DNA of 64,000 nucleotides from Methylococcaceae bacterium (GTDB lineage Bacteria > Patescibacteriota > Microgenomatia > UBA1400 > PJMF01). Each line of letters starts with the position of its first letter. Position 1 is the stretch's first letter. Shown piece by piece: positions 20,568 through 31,062 of the stretch. Below the pieces are notes generated by a model that was not told where the DNA came from, searched no databases, and worked only from the letters and a program-made list of their open reading frames with translations. Made by a program: the position numbers and the translations under genes. The stretch lies in contig JBILVZ010000002.1 in the NCBI GenBank assembly GCA_044370175.1, positions 8,759 through 72,758 of the forward strand, written 5' to 3'.

Positions 20568-21639
20568 GTACATGCACAGTCTGCGCCCACCAAACCTGAC
20601 TGATTGTTTTCGTCTCGTAGCTGCACTCGCAGTTATTTTTCTACACGCATCGTACCCAGCTGATTTTTCATATGATACGCAACAACTTATTATGCTTCTT
20701 CAACAAATCTTCGCTAGTTGGGCAGTACCGTTTTTTTACGTTGCAACTGCACGCTTTGCACTTGCATCAAGCCTGAGGAATCTATCTTTAGCAAAAGTCA
20801 TGCTTCGTAGTAGGAATCTGCTACTTCTTGTTCTACTCTACACACTGCTACTAGCACTTCTCTATTTGGGCAACTTTGTACTCGAACAAAAGGCACACGC
20901 AATTACCTATATTCAACAAGCACTTCTACCTGAGAAACTGTCTGAAACACTTGTACGATTAGGAGCAGTACTAACACAACTCAACCCAACTTCGGCACAT
21001 TTTTTACTACATACAATTGTCATCACTTTAGTTGCGTACGGATCGGCATGGATACTCAAGCGAACGAAAGCAAAAAGGAGCTTTCAATTTCTCTTGCTTT
21101 GCACACTCATCAGCAGTGTACTCCTGCCTGAAGCGGTTTTAAAAATGTACCCTCACTACTTTGAGGTACCCTATACGTTGTTGATCACTATTTGTGTTGG
21201 TTTCCTCTACGAGCTCTGGCAAAAACCAACATTTCCTGTCAAACAAAATGGTACAGGGATACTACTTTTTAATCTTTTACTGCTCCCTATCTTAGTTCTC
21301 GGTATCCCCACTGCAGCTTGGCACAGTATACTTTTTCACAAAAGTATTTTGGTAGTCTTTGGCGTAGTTGTTTTGTACAGCACTGACTACTTTGCACACC
21401 TGCATGCCACAAACTTTGTTGCATACCTATCCCACTGGGGACAGCGATATTCGCTCGGGATGCTGGTGATTCATCCACTCATTATCAAGGTATACGCGAT
21501 ACTTATTCCAGGAATCTTTTCTTCACTGCACCCACATCCAATTGTGGTGGTTTTTGCGATTTTCTTAGCTACGGCAGTCACCTCATTTTATATAACAAGA
21601 ATTCTTGTCTCAAAAATACCCTGGACCGTTAGTATATAA
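20557..21639 (+). CDS. Acyltransferase family 3 (OatA-like) membrane protein
   Basis: ~10 TM helices. The N-terminal FRLVAALAVIFLHASY resembles the lDglRalAil.VvlhH motif of acyltransferase_3. Confidence 0.5.
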   Translation: MLSKYMHSLRPPNLTDCFRLVAALAVIFLHASYPADFSYDTQQLIMLLQQIFASWAVPFFYVATARFALASSLRNLSLAKVMLRSRNLLLLVLLYTLLLALLYLGNFVLEQKAHAITYIQQALLPEKLSETLVRLGAVLTQLNPTSAHFLLHTIVITLVAYGSAWILKRTKAKRSFQFLLLCTLISSVLLPEAVLKMYPHYFEVPYTLLITICVGFLYELWQKPTFPVKQNGTGILLFNLLLLPILVLGIPTAAWHSILFHKSILVVFGVVVLYSTDYFAHLHATNFVAYLSHWGQRYSLGMLVIHPLIIKVYAILIPGIFSSLHPHPIVVVFAIFLATAVTSFYITRILVSKIPWTVSI

Positions 21640-21648
21640 AATATGGCG

Positions 21649-23418
21649 TTAGTATAGTTCGTATTGACTGAGTAATTTTTTGTTGCCTTGCATCTGATAC
21701 TGGAGTAGTTCTGAATATAATCCTTTGCGTCTAGCCAGTTCTTCGGGTTTGCCTGAATCAACAATCGTTCCTGAATCTAGTACGACAATCCTATCGACAT
21801 TTTGAATTGTCAAAAAACGATGGGCAATAATGATAGTTAGTCTATTCTTAAATAACTTTTCTAGAGCTTCTTGTACAAGTCGCTCTGATTTAGAGTCTAA
21901 ACTGCTGGTTGCTTCATCTAAAATTAGAATTGGCTTGTCGTGCAAGATGGCACGGGCAATTTGAATTCTCTGTTTCTGTCCGCCCGACAGCTTAAGGCCA
22001 CGTTCGCCAATTTGTGCATCCAACCCACCTTGTAGCTTTTCTACAAACTCCCATGCATTGGCTTGCTTAAGTGCAGTTATGATTGCCGTATCACTTGTAG
22101 TAGGTGCGCCATACGCCACGTTTTCTCTAATCGTTGATGAAAACAACTCATTATCCTGAAAGACTAAGGCAATATGTTCACGCACCCATGAGTGATCAAC
22201 TTCTGTATACTTTTTATCAGATAAATATATCTCCCCACTTGTTGGTTCATACAACTTTAAAATCAAGTTAATCAGTGTAGATTTGCCTGCACCAGAATGA
22301 CCAACCAGTGCCACTGTTTCTTTTGTCTGGAGGTGTAACTGCACATTTTTTAAAACAGGTTCACCTGTCTCATAGGCAAAGGTGACTTGTTCAAACTTAA
22401 TGGTGGGGTGTTGCATACTCTTTGCAGTTTTTTTATCTTGATATAGTTCTGTACTCTCCAAATCTAAAACTGTAAAAAACTCTTTTGAATCTGCTTCTGC
22501 TCGTTGAACTTGTTCAAGCATGTAGCTCATACCATAGAGTGGCCAGCGCAGTTGAGCCAAAAGTTGGATGATCATCACCATTTCACCAAGGGTCAACTCG
22601 CCCAAAAAGGTCTTTCTAAAAATTAAAAACAAAATGATCACAAAGGCAATTTCTAACCCAAACTCACGCAAAAAGTTAAGGATATGATAGCCAGTAGATT
22701 GTTTATCATAAATTTTATTAATAGTTGTATATTTAGTAGAAACAAAGTTCCACTCAGCGGGTTGTGTATTGTATGTTTTGACAAGTTTAATATTATTTAT
22801 CACTTCTGAGATACGGCCACGTGTTGCATCTTCGTGAATATTTTTTTCAGCTTGTAGCTTGCCCCAACGCTTGGTAGAGTAACTCGAAATCGCAATATAC
22901 ATTGGGAAAACAATCAGTGCCAAGAGACCAATAGTTATATCGAAATAGAGTAGTATGCAGATACCAAAAATTGCCTGCAAAAGGGCTGGTGTAATGAAGT
23001 TAGTGGCTGCAGCAATAAACCCACCAATTGAAAGTATTCCTCTGTTTAATTGATTAACAATTTTTCCTGAAATTTCTGAGTCAAAATATTTTTGAGGAAG
23101 TGTAAAGATTTTCTTGTAATACAACTCCGTTAGATATCTCCCCAATCTTGAGGAAATAAAGTCTCCTAGTCGCTGGTTAATAACATTAATGGTGATTGAA
23201 ACCAAATTAATAACTAGAATAAGTCCAAACAAGAAAGTTACGGTGCTGTAGTTACCTCTACCCGTGCTAATCTGGCTTGATAGCTCGTCTACCACAAACT
23301 TCATGGTAACTGGAGTAGCTTGCTGTAAGATGGCTCGAACGGCAATTAAAACCGATGAAACAAGTATCAAGGTATGCTGTGGTTTTGCGAGTTTAATAAT
23401 TTTGAAGATGTTTTGCAC
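21649..23418 (-). CDS. ABC exporter, fused permease/ATPase (MsbA/ABCB-type)
   Basis: Six-TM N-terminal domain plus an NBD with Walker A (GHSGAGKST), Q-loop, ABC signature (LSGGQKQR), Walker B (ILILDEATS) and H-loop (IIIAHR). Confidence 0.9.
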   Translation of the reverse strand: MQNIFKIIKLAKPQHTLILVSSVLIAVRAILQQATPVTMKFVVDELSSQISTGRGNYSTVTFLFGLILVINLVSITINVINQRLGDFISSRLGRYLTELYYKKIFTLPQKYFDSEISGKIVNQLNRGILSIGGFIAAATNFITPALLQAIFGICILLYFDITIGLLALIVFPMYIAISSYSTKRWGKLQAEKNIHEDATRGRISEVINNIKLVKTYNTQPAEWNFVSTKYTTINKIYDKQSTGYHILNFLREFGLEIAFVIILFLIFRKTFLGELTLGEMVMIIQLLAQLRWPLYGMSYMLEQVQRAEADSKEFFTVLDLESTELYQDKKTAKSMQHPTIKFEQVTFAYETGEPVLKNVQLHLQTKETVALVGHSGAGKSTLINLILKLYEPTSGEIYLSDKKYTEVDHSWVREHIALVFQDNELFSSTIRENVAYGAPTTSDTAIITALKQANAWEFVEKLQGGLDAQIGERGLKLSGGQKQRIQIARAILHDKPILILDEATSSLDSKSERLVQEALEKLFKNRLTIIIAHRFLTIQNVDRIVVLDSGTIVDSGKPEELARRKGLYSELLQYQMQGNKKLLSQYELY

Positions 23419-23506
23419 AATACCTTTTATTTCTAGTTCTATCTATCAATCAATTTTACTACTCAATGTATGAAGATACAGTTGTCAAATAGAACTGCTA
23501 CACCTG

Positions 23507-23929
23507 CTAGGAAGAACTTGTTTCACGCTTCATGTGTGCAAAACTCTTCTCTACGAGCTCTGCCAAAACTGTCATATCTATATCACGTAATCGCTTAATA
23601 TACAAACACGATACACTTGATGAATGTTTTCCCAATTTTTCTAAGATAGGGTTGTCATGATTTCCCATCATTATGTAGAGCGTGAGGTTTTGTTTTCGAG
23701 GCGAAAAACCCACTAGTGGCCAATCACCTTCTTGTGAGCTTCGCTCAGACTTATAGTGGTACATCCCAAAACCAATAATACTTGTGCCCCAGAGTACCGC
23801 TTTTTCACCAGTGATCTTTTCAAATAATTCTAAAAGTGCGAAACCATCTTGCTGCTTTTCAGTTGGCTCTATACTTTTGAGGAAGTCGGTCACACTTGCA
23901 GTGGTTGCTTTTGTCTTTAGTTCTGCCAT
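23507..23929 (-). CDS. DUF1801 (YdhG/YdeI-like) domain protein
   Basis: 140-aa protein. The N-terminal V.DFL..I.....Q.D...L.ELF...TGE pattern is typical of DUF1801. Confidence 0.5.
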   Translation of the reverse strand: MAELKTKATTASVTDFLKSIEPTEKQQDGFALLELFEKITGEKAVLWGTSIIGFGMYHYKSERSSQEGDWPLVGFSPRKQNLTLYIMMGNHDNPILEKLGKHSSSVSCLYIKRLRDIDMTVLAELVEKSFAHMKRETSSS

Positions 23930-23934
23930 AGGCG

Positions 23935-24843
23935 CTAGTACTTTCCAGTATATGCTTTTTCCAACTCTGCTATGGTAAACTTCTTCATTTTTAAAAAAGA
24001 CTCTGTCACCTGTTTGATTTGTTCTGGAGTACCCTCACTCAGCATCTTGTCCATTGCGGTAGGTACAATCTGCCAGGATACACCAAACTTGTCCTTAAGC
24101 CAGCCACATTGTTCGGCTTCAGGTACTGCACTCAGTTTTTGCCATAGGTCGTCAATTTCTGCTTGCGTGTCACATTTGACGAGTAGTGAAACTGCCTCAG
24201 TGAATCCAAACTCATGAGTTTGACCACCATCCATTGCCGCAAACCACTGCCCTTCAAGCATGAAGTCTGCATACATTAGTGAGCTTTTCTCGTCTGGGGC
24301 AGTTCCTTCAGGATACTTTGCTTGGATACCCTTTTTAGAGTTATTAAAAATTGTAGTGTAGAAGTCAATTGCTTCTGCTGCTCTACCTGACACCGCTTTT
24401 GTAAAGAGAAGTGATGGTGTTATGAAGGGTCGTTTTTCTCCATCTGGATCACTTAAAATAAGCTGCCAAGCAACACCAAATTTGTCTTCAATCCAGCCAT
24501 AGAGCTTGCTAAAGTCATAGTCTTGCAGTGGCATCAATACCTTGCCTCCAGAAGAAAGTTTGTTCCAAAGTTTAGTAAGTTTTTCTTGAGCATCTGCTTC
24601 AGCAGCTGGATCAAAATTGAGCATAAAAGAAATAGCAGGGTTTATCTTGAAGTACGGGCCTGCACTTATTGCCATAAACTGAAAGCCTGCGATCTCAAAA
24701 GAAACAATATCTGTATCTCCAGATGGAGTGCCAGGTAGTGTAGATACATGGTTAACTTTTGCATCAGGAAATGTACTTGCATAAAACTCAGCTGCTTGTC
24801 GTGCTTCTGAAGCAAACCATAGGTGGGGGATAATTTTTTGCAC
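23935..24843 (-). CDS. VOC-superfamily protein with two tandem PhnB/3-demethylubiquinone-9 3-methyltransferase-like domains
   Basis: Internal duplication: both repeats begin (K)I.P.LWF...A.EA.EFY...F (residues ~3-30 and ~150-180), as in the PF06983 glyoxalase-like fold. Confidence 0.55.
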   Translation of the reverse strand: MQKIIPHLWFASEARQAAEFYASTFPDAKVNHVSTLPGTPSGDTDIVSFEIAGFQFMAISAGPYFKINPAISFMLNFDPAAEADAQEKLTKLWNKLSSGGKVLMPLQDYDFSKLYGWIEDKFGVAWQLILSDPDGEKRPFITPSLLFTKAVSGRAAEAIDFYTTIFNNSKKGIQAKYPEGTAPDEKSSLMYADFMLEGQWFAAMDGGQTHEFGFTEAVSLLVKCDTQAEIDDLWQKLSAVPEAEQCGWLKDKFGVSWQIVPTAMDKMLSEGTPEQIKQVTESFLKMKKFTIAELEKAYTGKY

Positions 24844-24974
24844 CCTTGTATTTTAACAAAATTTTATGCTCTGAGCAGTAGATAAAGTATTGTATTGGCA
24901 TTGTTTGCCTCACTACAATTTAGCGCAACCCAGTTGCTTTAATTAAGTATGTCTGCTATATTATTGCAATTAAG

Positions 24975-25991
24975 TTGCGTTATATAGCAGGAGCATATAT
25001 GTCATTTCTATTCACTAATGAAACTACTAGAGGGGCAACTACAATTCAGCCCCGATCAAAACTAGTAGCAATTGATCAGCACCAACTTTTACGATCAGAA
25101 GATCAGCCTGGACAGATAGCAACCTTTGATCAAGTAAGAGCGATGGGTGAGTTATTTATAAAACAAAATTTTAATGACGTTGTACTTTCAACACATTCTC
25201 TACCACAAGCGCTCATCCACAGACATCTCCGAGATGGCGGTGGCGCATTTTGGGGCAAACTTGCGTTTGGTGCAAATAAAGATTGCCAATTTCCTGTAAC
25301 TATTGAGGTTGTCCCTGTAGGAAGTGGATGGGATCTGCAACTTTACATTGTTCCTATCCACTTTGCAGCGTTAGAAGTAGCACAGTTCGAAAAGCACACC
25401 GATAGTCTACTAGCGCTTGCTGCAGTCGCAGCAGTTGCACCGCAATTTATTTTAGCTTTTAAAGATGGCATCTCCACAACAAACTGTGCTCGAAGCAGCA
25501 AAGCAGTCACGAGTTTACAGGCGGATCATGGGACACCACTAGCTGTTGTTTTTGATAGCCTCACTCGTGAGCAAGGTGAATCGGAGAGTACGCTCATGAG
25601 TGCTATTTCAGTTACGGGTAATCCAGATTTAAGCATTAAACAAGCTGCACATTTACATGGTAGAAGAGGCACAGAAACAACGTTACTTTCACAAGCAGCA
25701 GCTGGATCAAAAGTAGCTGGTGGAGTGCCAATACAAACTGCTTTGCGGAGTCAGTTGAGTCGGCATGCACTCTATATACCAACGCGTACTGATGGACTAG
25801 GAGATAAAGCTATTGTTACTATTGATTATTCTTTGCATGAAGCAAAGATTATGGGGCTCAACGCGTCGCAATTAGCTACAGCTTTAGGGTTTACCGCACA
25901 GGTTATTGGTAATCCTAGTGCAGAGCAAACAATTGAAAAGGTTTTACAACCTGCTGTAGCAGATATGCCATTAACAGAACTGGTGTCATGA
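24975..25991 (+). CDS. Hypothetical protein (338 aa), no recognised domain
   Basis: Intact ORF, Ala/Gln/Thr-rich. Locally higher GC than its neighbours. Its stop overlaps the next gene's start (ATGA). Confidence 0.4.
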   Translation: MRYIAGAYMSFLFTNETTRGATTIQPRSKLVAIDQHQLLRSEDQPGQIATFDQVRAMGELFIKQNFNDVVLSTHSLPQALIHRHLRDGGGAFWGKLAFGANKDCQFPVTIEVVPVGSGWDLQLYIVPIHFAALEVAQFEKHTDSLLALAAVAAVAPQFILAFKDGISTTNCARSSKAVTSLQADHGTPLAVVFDSLTREQGESESTLMSAISVTGNPDLSIKQAAHLHGRRGTETTLLSQAAAGSKVAGGVPIQTALRSQLSRHALYIPTRTDGLGDKAIVTIDYSLHEAKIMGLNASQLATALGFTAQVIGNPSAEQTIEKVLQPAVADMPLTELVS

Positions 25992-26662
25992 TGAGTAGCG
26001 AAAGAATTTCAAGTTTCTCTCCAACTATTGAAGAACCTGAGCCAGCTAATAAATCTGAGGTTATTGCAGCAGCAGACTTCGACCTATCATCATTTTTTGA
26101 GACGCCAGAAACAGATGTTGTAGAAGCAAGATCAGAAGCTGAACCACTAAGCGAAAATCAGCAAGCAGCTACTCAACCAGAAATAGATTTACTGGTGACA
26201 CTGCGTAATGATGCTGCAGAATCAATAGGTAAGATCACCTCAAAAGTTACGGCACAAACATTTGCAGTAGGTGCTGATTTTACTGCTAACATATTCTCAC
26301 TGCTGAGTTCAATGGCGGGCAGCTGTGGGATCTTTTGTGGACATGCACTCAGCACCATATCCAGTGCTGGCACGGGAATGCAAGGACTTGCCAGTATGGG
26401 TGGAGTGAGTAGTCCAACGTTTAACATAGATAGAGCTGGCAACTTTCACCTCGATGGCAATATAGACACAATATCTCGAGCTACTGGTATTCCAAAAGCT
26501 GATTTACTATCGGGTAAATATTCTCCAGAAGATATCTTTGCGGTATTCCTATCAGCATTCGGTACTGGTATAAACAATCTGTTTGGATTTGGATTGGTTG
26601 AAGTAATAATTACCTGTATGTTTGATTGTGTATCCAATCGTACTGCAACAAATAATTCTTAG
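25988..26662 (+). CDS. Hypothetical protein (224 aa): acidic N-terminal third, Gly/Ser/Ala-rich hydrophobic C-terminal half
   Basis: Translationally coupled to the upstream ORF. The C-terminus (...SMAGSCGIFCGHALSTISSAGTGMQGLASMGGVSS...GINNLFGFGLVEVIITCMFDC) is hydrophobic and glycine-rich, possibly membrane-inserting. Confidence 0.4.
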   Translation: MMSSERISSFSPTIEEPEPANKSEVIAAADFDLSSFFETPETDVVEARSEAEPLSENQQAATQPEIDLLVTLRNDAAESIGKITSKVTAQTFAVGADFTANIFSLLSSMAGSCGIFCGHALSTISSAGTGMQGLASMGGVSSPTFNIDRAGNFHLDGNIDTISRATGIPKADLLSGKYSPEDIFAVFLSAFGTGINNLFGFGLVEVIITCMFDCVSNRTATNNS

Positions 26663-26769
26663 AAAAATAAACCTCTTGCTGCAATTGTCATTTACTGTGA
26701 TACTATACACAAGCTCACGGCACCATCAACCCATTTGTATCAATCATGTTATTAGTTTGAGAGTTACCA

Positions 26770-28068
26770 ATGAAAATCTTTTACAGCTTGCTTGGCACAG
26801 TTCTAGTGGCTGCGGCTACCAATAACTATGTTTGGTTTGCACTTGTTTTTTGGTTGTACTTAGAAACACAATCCGTTGTTGCAACAGGGTTAGCGGGTGG
26901 AATGTACTTTGTAGTAAGTGCACTTTCTAGCTTCTGGTTTGGTTCACTCGTAGATAATCACAAAAAGAAATCTGTGATGCTAGGTTCTAGCATTGCCTCA
27001 CTTATTTTCTTTAGTATCAGTTTTTTAGTATATTCTTTTAGTCCAGAATCCGCATTTCATTCGTTAACAAGTCCCATTTTATGGACTTTTGTATTTTGCA
27101 TACTTTGTGGCACACTTGCTGGTAATATCTATGGTATTGTCGTCCCAACTTTGGTCACGGTTTTGGTCCCTGAAACTATGCGTGACAAAGCTAATGGCAT
27201 GGTTGGCACTATCATGGGTCTAGCTTTTTCATTAACCTCAGTTGCAAGTGGTCTTGTGCTTGGTAACTTTGGAATGTCATGGGTTTTAGGAAGCGCAGTA
27301 ATCCTAACAATTTGCGTCTTTGTAGCAATACTGTTACTTGATCTTACCGAACAGCAAATAATTCATACACATTCTCAAATCGAGGTCACAGGCATAGATA
27401 TCAGAGGTACTATACATATAATCAGCAGTATCAAAGGTTTATTTGCCTTAATATTTTTGACGACCTTCAATAACTTGCTTGGTGGCGTATTTATGGCATT
27501 GATGGATGCTTATGGTTTGACACTCGTCTCTGTTCAAACTTGGGGGTTACTTTGGGGTGGTCTGAGCATGGGTTTTATCATTGGCGGACTGTATATTTCT
27601 AAATATGGCTTGGGCACAAACCCTGTTCAAAGTTTATTCAAAGTGTATATAGTTTTATGGAGTAGTACTATTCTTTTTGCAGTCCAACCATCAATAGTTT
27701 TGCTAGCAGTTGGGGTACTAGTTTGGCTGATCTTGTCACCGTTTATTGAAGCGACCGAACAAACTATCATTCAAAAAGTAGTTCCTGCTCAGCGCCAAGG
27801 TAGAGTTTTTGGATTTGCACATAGTGTTGAGCAAGCGGCTTCACCATTGACGGCATTTCTGATTGGACCGATCACCCAAGCTTTCTTTATTCCACTGATG
27901 ACTACTGGACGCGGTGCAGAGTTGATTGGAAGTTGGTTTGGTGTCGGGGCGGGACGAGGCATGGCAGTAGTATTCATCACTACGGGAATAATTGGTTTGA
28001 TTATTACCCTACTTGCGATGCGGCTGCGAGCTTATCGTGAGTTGGCTATCGAGTATACGAAAAACTAA
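26770..28068 (+). CDS. MFS transporter
   Basis: 12 predicted TM helices in two six-helix halves separated by a cytoplasmic loop; 432 aa. Confidence 0.85.
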   Translation: MKIFYSLLGTVLVAAATNNYVWFALVFWLYLETQSVVATGLAGGMYFVVSALSSFWFGSLVDNHKKKSVMLGSSIASLIFFSISFLVYSFSPESAFHSLTSPILWTFVFCILCGTLAGNIYGIVVPTLVTVLVPETMRDKANGMVGTIMGLAFSLTSVASGLVLGNFGMSWVLGSAVILTICVFVAILLLDLTEQQIIHTHSQIEVTGIDIRGTIHIISSIKGLFALIFLTTFNNLLGGVFMALMDAYGLTLVSVQTWGLLWGGLSMGFIIGGLYISKYGLGTNPVQSLFKVYIVLWSSTILFAVQPSIVLLAVGVLVWLILSPFIEATEQTIIQKVVPAQRQGRVFGFAHSVEQAASPLTAFLIGPITQAFFIPLMTTGRGAELIGSWFGVGAGRGMAVVFITTGIIGLIITLLAMRLRAYRELAIEYTKN

Positions 28069-28076
28069 AAAGCGTA

Positions 28077-28388
28077 TCACCGCTTCAGTTTTTTCTTTTC
28101 TAAAATGTATTGAATAGATGGACTAATTGCTTTATCATTCCGATGAATGCAACCAATCCAGCAACAAGGTCGGCGTTTACCTTCTTTCAGCTGCCTAGTC
28201 ACTCGCGCAATATGTTCTGTACGTGTTTCTGCTTTTTTTACTGCTGTCGTCCAGCAAATCCACTCGTTGCGTGCAAGTGGGGTGAGGTTCTCCCAAAGCT
28301 GCAGTGCTTCTGAGTCAGCTTGTAATGCTCTTTTGAGATCATCTGGAACTACGTGAACAACACCTCCAGAAATTGATTGCTTTAGCAT
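28077..28388 (-). CDS. YdeI/OmpD-associated family protein
   Basis: The ~100-aa protein (...VHVVPDDLKRAL...ALQLWENLTPLARNEWICWTTAVKKAETR..RI) matches the PF13376 pattern. Confidence 0.55.
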   Translation of the reverse strand: MLKQSISGGVVHVVPDDLKRALQADSEALQLWENLTPLARNEWICWTTAVKKAETRTEHIARVTRQLKEGKRRPCCWIGCIHRNDKAISPSIQYILEKKKLKR

Positions 28389-28624
28389 AGGCTATATTGT
28401 AACAAATAGCTGCCACATCACTCAGTGAGGTATCACCAATGTTGAGCGCAAACATGCGGATGTTTGAACCAGCACTTACTGTATCCATATCAGCTGGCAC
28501 ACTTGGGTAAGTGAATGGAGAAGTACTAGCACCAATCATAAAGTCATACGAGATACTGTTGACAGTAGCCATTTCCTTACTAAAGTTTATACTGTTCATC
28601 CAACAATATCATATATTCGAGAGT

Positions 28625-29110
28625 CTAGTGATGCATCTTGTTGGAAGCTTCATTTGCTGGAATGGGTACGTTTGTATACTTACTATCTAACCAGCTTTCC
28701 AATAGTTGTATCTCTTTAGTTTGGGTATTATCAATAATTGCTTGGGTCATCTTCTGTAGCTCTGGCCACTCAGTTATATTCAAGATTTGACGAGCCATAC
28801 CGATTGCACCGCGATGATGCACAACCATGCCTTCAATATATGCTTTTTCTAGTTGTCTATCTGTTAGTTTGGTCAGATCACTCATCATCAGCATGTACCT
28901 GCCATCTGGTCGATATTCTTGTCCAAACCATTGGGTATGCCACTGCTTCATTTGCGTAATTTCATGAGACTGTACTGTGATCACATCTTGCAAAAATTGT
29001 TGCAACTGAGGATCTGTGGTACGTGTAAGCAGATATGCAGAAGTATCCACTGCCTCTTTGTGGTGTGGGATCATGCCCATGATAAAGTCTGCATCATTTG
29101 CGACAGTCAT
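28625..29110 (-). CDS. DUF305 family protein (four-helix, His-rich; metal-related)
   Basis: Duplicated MIPHHKEAV / MVVHHRGAIGMA motifs are characteristic of DUF305. A TM/signal-like segment (KYFPTFFFGASTLLIIGAGIVGWAALQA...) continues in frame upstream to 29266 without an ATG. Confidence 0.65.
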   Translation of the reverse strand: MTVANDADFIMGMIPHHKEAVDTSAYLLTRTTDPQLQQFLQDVITVQSHEITQMKQWHTQWFGQEYRPDGRYMLMMSDLTKLTDRQLEKAYIEGMVVHHRGAIGMARQILNITEWPELQKMTQAIIDNTQTKEIQLLESWLDSKYTNVPIPANEASNKMHH

Positions 29111-29306
29111 TTGGTGCGCATCGCCTTGAGTGGTAGAGTGGGTAGCTCTATTGCCTACAATAGTAGTAAAAACATTAGGCAGTGCTTGAAGTGCTGCCCA
29201 ACCAACTATACCAGCACCAATAATCAGGAGTGTACTGGCACCAAAAAAGAAGGTGGGAAAATATTTCTAGATCGGGTCTGATTAGGCATATAAAAATGTG
29301 CTTCTA

Positions 29307-29825
29307 CTACTTTGTACGTTTCTGTATAAATGCACTGATATCTCTGTTAATTCCTTCAACTGTGACCAAGCGCTTAGCTTCTTCTGGAGTGACCCACTTG
29401 TAATCTTGATGTTCTTCAGATAACACAGGTGTTTCTTGAGAAGTTGTACAGTGATAGGTGATACCAATGAGCTCATTGTCGGCCGTCTGCTCTGTTCCAC
29501 GGAAAGCGTGCCAAACTCGTATAACAGTAACTATCTCTACAGTTTCAATTCCAACTTCTTCTCGTATTTCCCTGAGCAGTCCAGTTTGTGTATCTTCAAA
29601 TTGAGCAATTCTGCCATACACTATCTCCCACTCACCAGGATGCCAATCAAGGCTTGTACTTCGCTGAACCAATAAAATCTCGCCTGTCGCTTTTTTTTCG
29701 ATTATGGCACCGCTTGCTACCATGAATCTACCTACAGGATTAGCTTTTGAAGATTGATTATGCGGATTATTAGCCATTACTATCAGTATAGCAAAGTAAT
29801 GACCTAGAATACATGATTGCCTCAA
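29307..29825 (-). CDS. NUDIX hydrolase
   Basis: Nudix box [31 protein letters not shown] (Gx5Ex7REUxEExGU). The true start may be the internal MANNPHN. Confidence 0.8.
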   Translation of the reverse strand: MRQSCILGHYFAILIVMANNPHNQSSKANPVGRFMVASGAIIEKKATGEILLVQRSTSLDWHPGEWEIVYGRIAQFEDTQTGLLREIREEVGIETVEIVTVIRVWHAFRGTEQTADNELIGITYHCTTSQETPVLSEEHQDYKWVTPEEAKRLVTVEGINRDISAFIQKRTK

Positions 29826-30142
29826 AGTTTCACTGCTGTACCACTCACGCTGACCATCAACATGCCTTCCATAGTTTCATAATCTAGATCAACACCAATC
29901 ACCGCATCTGCTCCCAACTCTTCAGCTTGAGCTTGTAGTTCCCGCAAGGCAATTTCGCGCGCCTCCTGCAAAGATTTTTCATAAGCTCCTGATCTGCCAC
30001 CGATTACATCAGTTATACTGGCAAAAATGTCGCGGAAAATATTTGCACCAATGATTGCCTCACCTGTTACTACACCAAGATATTTTGTTACTTTTTTGTT
30101 GTCTAATGCTGAAGTTGTGGAAAGAATCATATCTGCCTCCAT
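29822..30142 (-). CDS. YbjQ/UPF0145 heavy-metal-binding domain protein
   Basis: 106 aa. [42 protein letters not shown] matches the UPF0145 pentameric fold family. Confidence 0.75.
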   Translation of the reverse strand: MEADMILSTTSALDNKKVTKYLGVVTGEAIIGANIFRDIFASITDVIGGRSGAYEKSLQEAREIALRELQAQAEELGADAVIGVDLDYETMEGMLMVSVSGTAVKL

Positions 30143-30145
30143 ATG

Positions 30146-30544
30146 TTAGTTTGTACCTTCTTGATTTTCCTGACTGTCTTGATTTTGTGAGTCAGTATGT
30201 TGCTGTAAGTTTTGCGTAACGTCATTGAGTTGGCGCTGGATATCTTGGAGCTGGCGTTGCTCTTGCGCAAACTGTGCTTCAAACCACTTCTGACCTTCTG
30301 TCATTAGTACTTGCCCCTGTTGTGGGAGGCTCGCGCCACCTGACAACATTGGCGAGATGAGAAGGTTGAAGAGACCGATGATCACCATACCAATTACTAC
30401 CACTCCCAAGATAAACATTGTCACAACACCGACAATCAGCCACTTAAAATACTTATGAGCTTTGTCTGTTACTTGGTGTATTGTGTTCGATTTGAGCAGT
30501 TCATCAACCATGTTTTTTTCTTTCATGTCGTCCCTCCGTTTCAA
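30146..30544 (-). CDS. Hypothetical membrane protein with Gln-rich coiled-coil tail
   Basis: One TM (WLIVGVVTMFILGVVVIGMVIIGLF), then a QQLQDIQRQLNDVTQNLQQ region. Confidence 0.4.
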   Translation of the reverse strand: MKRRDDMKEKNMVDELLKSNTIHQVTDKAHKYFKWLIVGVVTMFILGVVVIGMVIIGLFNLLISPMLSGGASLPQQGQVLMTEGQKWFEAQFAQEQRQLQDIQRQLNDVTQNLQQHTDSQNQDSQENQEGTN

Positions 30545-30567
30545 CTTCTTACTACTATGCAGTTCGA

Positions 30568-31062
30568 TTGGTTGGTACTATACTACATGCAACTATGTCG
30601 CATCAAGAAGCAAAATTAAACCTAGAGAAATACTTTAAGCTTTTAAAAAAGAAGGGATTAAAGCTCACGCAAACCCGTGGTTTGCTACTGGCAGTTATTG
30701 ACACGTTTACTACACCATTTACCGCTGAAGATTTACTGCAACATATTCATAAACAGCAGCTACAAGTACACCGAGCAACAGTTTATAGAGATCTGCATCA
30801 CTTTACACAAGCTGGCATACTGAACGAACTGACGTTTGAGGGTTCAGATGCACACTACTACGAACTTCCGACACAACCACGCCATCATCATTTTGTATGT
30901 CAAAAATGCTCAAAAATCATTGATGTTTTTCCAACAAAAGTTGAGAGGGCGCTTGAAAAATTTACAGCAGCACTCAGCTCAGAAGGTTTATCTGTTACCC
31001 ATCATCATCTAAAGTTCTACGGCAGATGCTCGGAATGTTCAGCTGCTACTGCTATAGCATAA
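30568..31062 (+). CDS. Fur-family metal-responsive transcriptional regulator
   Basis: Winged-helix N-terminus (LKLTQTRGLLLAVI...ATVYRDL), then HHHFVCQKCSKIID and HHHLKFYGRCSECS, which are the Fur HxH and CxxC metal sites. Confidence 0.8.
   Translation: MVGTILHATMSHQEAKLNLEKYFKLLKKKGLKLTQTRGLLLAVIDTFTTPFTAEDLLQHIHKQQLQVHRATVYRDLHHFTQAGILNELTFEGSDAHYYELPTQPRHHHFVCQKCSKIIDVFPTKVERALEKFTAALSSEGLSVTHHHLKFYGRCSECSAATAIA

Noticed and set aside
28339-28599. 86-aa minus-strand ORF between the DUF305 and YdeI-like genes.
   Set aside because: It overlaps the YdeI-like N-terminus by 50 nt in another frame and has no motif or ribosome-binding site. Left unannotated as probably spurious.
29282-29500. 72-aa minus-strand ORF overlapping the 3' part of the NUDIX gene.
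   Set aside because: It is in a different frame of the same strand as a gene with a clear Nudix box. No motif. Spurious.
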